Below are positions 61,099 through 64,000 of a stretch of 64,000 nucleotides of DNA, piece by piece. The notes beneath the pieces are model-generated. The model did not search any database. It was not told where the DNA came from and worked only from the letters and a program-made list of their open reading frames with translations. How positions within the stretch are numbered: position 1 is the first letter of the stretch; the number at the start of each line of letters is the position of its first letter. A program made the translations under genes and the position numbers. This stretch comes from Leptolyngbyaceae cyanobacterium (GTDB lineage: Bacteria; Cyanobacteriota; Cyanobacteriia; Phormidesmidales; Phormidesmidaceae), in NCBI GenBank assembly GCA_965263355.1, contig CBDHHL010000032.1, positions 320,001 to 384,000 of the forward strand, given 5' to 3'.

Positions 61099-62082
61099 AT
61101 GGCTGATTTATCTTCCCAGGTGATTGCCGCCTATGCCAAGGGACGACGAGATTTTAGCTACTGTCAGATGCAGGCTATTCGGATGTCTCAGTATGTATTA
61201 ACTGAGATTGATCTTTGGGGCTGTAATTTGGCGGATGCCCATTTAGCCGATGTTGATTTTAGCGGCAGTAATTTACGCGGTGCCGATTTGCAACGGGCAA
61301 ACTTGCGACGCACAAATTTTCAAGGAGCTGATCTACGGGGAGCTTGCCTTAGAGAGGCTCAAGTTGACGACGCTAATTTTGAAAATGCGATTGCAGATCA
61401 TCAAACCCAGTTTCCTAAAAATTTTGAACCGTTGCAGGCAGGGGTATGTTGTCTAGGTCCGAAATCTACATTAATTGACTGCAACCTCAGTCAACGTGAT
61501 TTAGGTGGGATTGACCTTAGCTATAGTGATTTAGCTGGCGCTCAACTTGTTCAGAGTAATTTACTAGGGGCTTGGTTAGTGGGTGCACAGCTCACGGAAG
61601 CCAATTTGAGTAATGCAAATCTAAACTCAGGCAACCTTTCCAATGCCAGTTTGCAACGAGCTAAGTTCAAAGGAACGAATTTAACCCGAGCTAATTTATC
61701 TAAGGCAACCCTATTTGGCGTTGATTTAAGTCAGACCACTTTAAAGGAAAGCTGTTTGTCTGGAGCCGTTTGTGATCCTGCCACCCAGTGGCCTGAGGGC
61801 TTTGATTGGGAGTGGGCTGGTGTTTATTGCCTTGGCCCAAATCAATCCCTATGGGCCGCTGATTTAAGTAACCTAGTGTTAATTGGGATTGACCTTAGTG
61901 GCGCAAATCTTGTGGGTGTTAACTTTACAGGGGCAGATTTGTGGGGCGCAAATCTGCAAGGCTGCGACTTACGAGATGCCTGTCTGGCTGGGACTAATCT
62001 ATGGGGGGCTAACCTTATAGATGCAGATCTCACAGGAGCCGAACTAGATACAGCTAATTTAGAAGCCGCTATGCTTTCTTAA
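61099..62082 (+). CDS. pentapeptide repeat protein
   Basis: YAKGRRDFS N-terminus and A(D/N)Lxx repeats with two spacer modules. Confidence 0.92.
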   Translation: MADLSSQVIAAYAKGRRDFSYCQMQAIRMSQYVLTEIDLWGCNLADAHLADVDFSGSNLRGADLQRANLRRTNFQGADLRGACLREAQVDDANFENAIADHQTQFPKNFEPLQAGVCCLGPKSTLIDCNLSQRDLGGIDLSYSDLAGAQLVQSNLLGAWLVGAQLTEANLSNANLNSGNLSNASLQRAKFKGTNLTRANLSKATLFGVDLSQTTLKESCLSGAVCDPATQWPEGFDWEWAGVYCLGPNQSLWAADLSNLVLIGIDLSGANLVGVNFTGADLWGANLQGCDLRDACLAGTNLWGANLIDADLTGAELDTANLEAAMLS

Positions 62083-62117
62083 ACCAAATCCTACTTAAAA
62101 CTTGAGTTCTGTAAAAC

Positions 62118-62879
62118 TCAATATAAAAACTCTTTAGGCTCTGCAGGTCGATTGGTTTGGCGCTCTTTTGGAAAATCAACTTGGTATGGCATTGGCGGTT
62201 CCTCAATCAGGATATGTCGTGTTCCCCAGCCATCATTGTAAAGTTCAGGGCGAGCACTTATTTCATTGTTGACGGGAATATCCAATACTTTTTTCATTTC
62301 TAGATAACGTCGTCCGTCCGTCGTACTTTGTAAAAGTTTTGGTGATACTTTGAGCCCTTGTTGAGCAAGAATACGCTCTAATGTAGTGAGCTGATCCAAT
62401 GGAGTATAGGTAGCCATGATAGTAATCTCATCCATGGGTTCTACATCCATTCTCAACTCTTCTTGATCGAGTTGCCACGTTTCTTTTCTGCTACCATCAT
62501 CAGCCAGCTGTTTAAGCGATAGCTCGCCCTGCCATCGACCATTCTGAACAATGACGACTTGATAGTCTAAGACTGAAAAAGTTGGTTTAGGCTCCACTGT
62601 TTGTTCAGTGGGTGCGAGTTGTCGTATGGCCAAAACATTTAATTCAGTTTGGTTAGGAAAGTTTGCGGTCCCTTGCAGCTCATAAGTGTAACTGTTTCTA
62701 CCCGGTTCCACGGTAAAGTCCATTTCAGCTACAGGTAGACGGTTGATTAAAATAGGATTGTTCGGAGTCTCAATTGCAAAATTGCAACTGCCCAACAATC
62801 CACCTAGACTACTCATCAAGCAGAACAGTTTTAACCTACGGAAATTAGATTGTGTTGTTGGGTTTGCAGGCATAGTCAA
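62118..62879 (-). CDS. hypothetical lipoprotein
   Basis: Lipobox-like LGSC after hydrophobic stretch. Confidence 0.7.
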   Translation of the reverse strand: MTMPANPTTQSNFRRLKLFCLMSSLGGLLGSCNFAIETPNNPILINRLPVAEMDFTVEPGRNSYTYELQGTANFPNQTELNVLAIRQLAPTEQTVEPKPTFSVLDYQVVIVQNGRWQGELSLKQLADDGSRKETWQLDQEELRMDVEPMDEITIMATYTPLDQLTTLERILAQQGLKVSPKLLQSTTDGRRYLEMKKVLDIPVNNEISARPELYNDGWGTRHILIEEPPMPYQVDFPKERQTNRPAEPKEFLY

Positions 62880-63687
62880 TACGATATAAAGTCTTGTCTT
62901 GTAATTAGAGGCCCTAAACCGTTCTTTTGCGATTACAGCCCATTTATAATTCTGCCTAGCTTGGATTTGATTGAGATAATCAAAACAGCGCTATAAAAAT
63001 CGAGTACGGTGCATTCGCCGAGCTAACAGGATAATTTTAATTTCAATTTCAGCATGGTAGGTAAACCTTTATTAGTAATTGAAATTACGTTTTTATCTTT
63101 GCATGACTACTATCGAACCTACAGCTCATTTTGAGAGTAGGGTTGTTCCTGAATAATTAGGTCGATAATTTTCATGGAAAATATATAGAAAATCAGATGT
63201 ATTTAATGCTTCCTTTATAGGGAGATTTGCAGATTGTAAGTCAGTATAACTATTCGAAATCTGTGCAACCCAATTAGATATTATGAATATAGAACATTTA
63301 CATAGGTAATATTATCTAAACCATAACTTGATCTAAGTTGGTCGGATGGCACTGATTATGTCTGATATATGAAGTTGAAAGCTTATAAGAAGTTTTCAGA
63401 TGCATTATTCCTTAAAAATAACACTATCCTTTGCAGCTCCTGCAGGGTGAAGACTAACTATGCGTAGATTAATAAGCTGCAAACCAAATCCTTGCAAAGT
63501 ATTCCCTGGCTGGGGCAAACTTGACCTAGAAGCCTACTAAGGGCTGATCAGGGTTTGCAGATTTTTGAAATGGCAAAACGCCAGTTAAACCACGTCCGAG
63601 TTCAAGCCTGTAGATTCTTTATAGGAAAAACGACCGTCCTGGACGTGGACAAGGTTTAGTTATTTGATTGATTATTTTGACCTAGGT

Positions 63688-64000
63688 ATGTATCTGGGGG
63701 GAGTGCTTACAGCAGTGTTTTTAAGGGTAATTAGAAAACGCCTATTTATTTCGATATTTTTATCTGTCCTATTATCTGTGACAACGTTGGGGCCTAGCAT
63801 GGCTCAGGTGACATCGTCTCCAGGCGCTGCAGATGAGGCCGCAGAAGCAGGAACTGCCGCTGATCGCCGTAACCGTGATGAAGATGGGGCGACTGCGGGG
63901 CGCGATCTTCTCCAAGATGCTCAGGCAGCCGAATTAGAACAGGAAGAGGGGAGTCAATATATTCTTGAGTTCAACCGTAGTCCTGTGGTTGGTACACGGC
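63688..64000 (+). CDS. bcsB: 5' part of BcsB-like cellulose synthase regulatory subunit (runs off window)
   Basis: Open frame from ATG 63688 to window end: signal peptide, acidic linker, then QYILEFNRSPVVGTR, which I recognise as the start of cyanobacterial BcsB-like domains. Confidence 0.6.
   Translation, partial: MYLGGVLTAVFLRVIRKRLFISIFLSVLLSVTTLGPSMAQVTSSPGAADEAAEAGTAADRRNRDEDGATAGRDLLQDAQAAELEQEEGSQYILEFNRSPVVGTR

Noticed and set aside
63510..63560. c-di-GMP-I riboswitch suggested by GGGCAAAC
   Set aside because: No GAAA tetraloop stem or downstream GCAAAGC element in the expected arrangement
1..64000. Recurrent GCGATCGC octamer
   Set aside because: Ordinary cyanobacterial HIP1; used only as a taxonomic clue
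1..64000. tRNA, rRNA, CRISPR array, prophage or integrase
   Set aside because: None recognised by eye; a tRNAscan/Infernal run would be needed to exclude small RNAs

Overview
Chromosomal window from a cyanobacterium (frequent HIP1 GCGATCGC octamers; ntcA, ndhH, psb34, cyAbrB, pex), probably a filamentous Leptolyngbya-like strain (inference). The left ~31 kb is accessory and partly decaying; the right ~33 kb is mostly core genes (sppA, fni, pyrR, rrf2, cyAbrB, hik2, ccb1, pex, ntcA, fabI, rsmH, ndhH). It also holds a cellulose/EPS-type module (porin + TPR + GH8, and the 5' end of a bcsB-like gene), a partner-switching pair and a DNA-methyltransferase-like protein with a substituted catalytic motif. 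The strongest signal is a ~13 kb stress-regulatory island at 0.4-13 kb. It carries an OrrA-like NarL regulator with its PAS-kinase/receiver/hybrid-kinase cluster, two group-2 sigma factors (one with clearly altered DNA-recognition regions), two RRM RNA-binding proteins, an FKBP and a ggpS remnant. Its intergenic DNA repeats an 18-bp palindrome, ATCTA-N8-TAGAT, seven times plus two degenerate copies, in most cases 21-22 bp upstream of a -10-like hexamer. One copy precedes a candidate hairpin sRNA with an anti-SD loop. Several MITEs, IS66 remnants and pseudogenes are present. No rRNA, tRNA or CRISPR array was seen. All family assignments are from motif recognition; no database searches were run.
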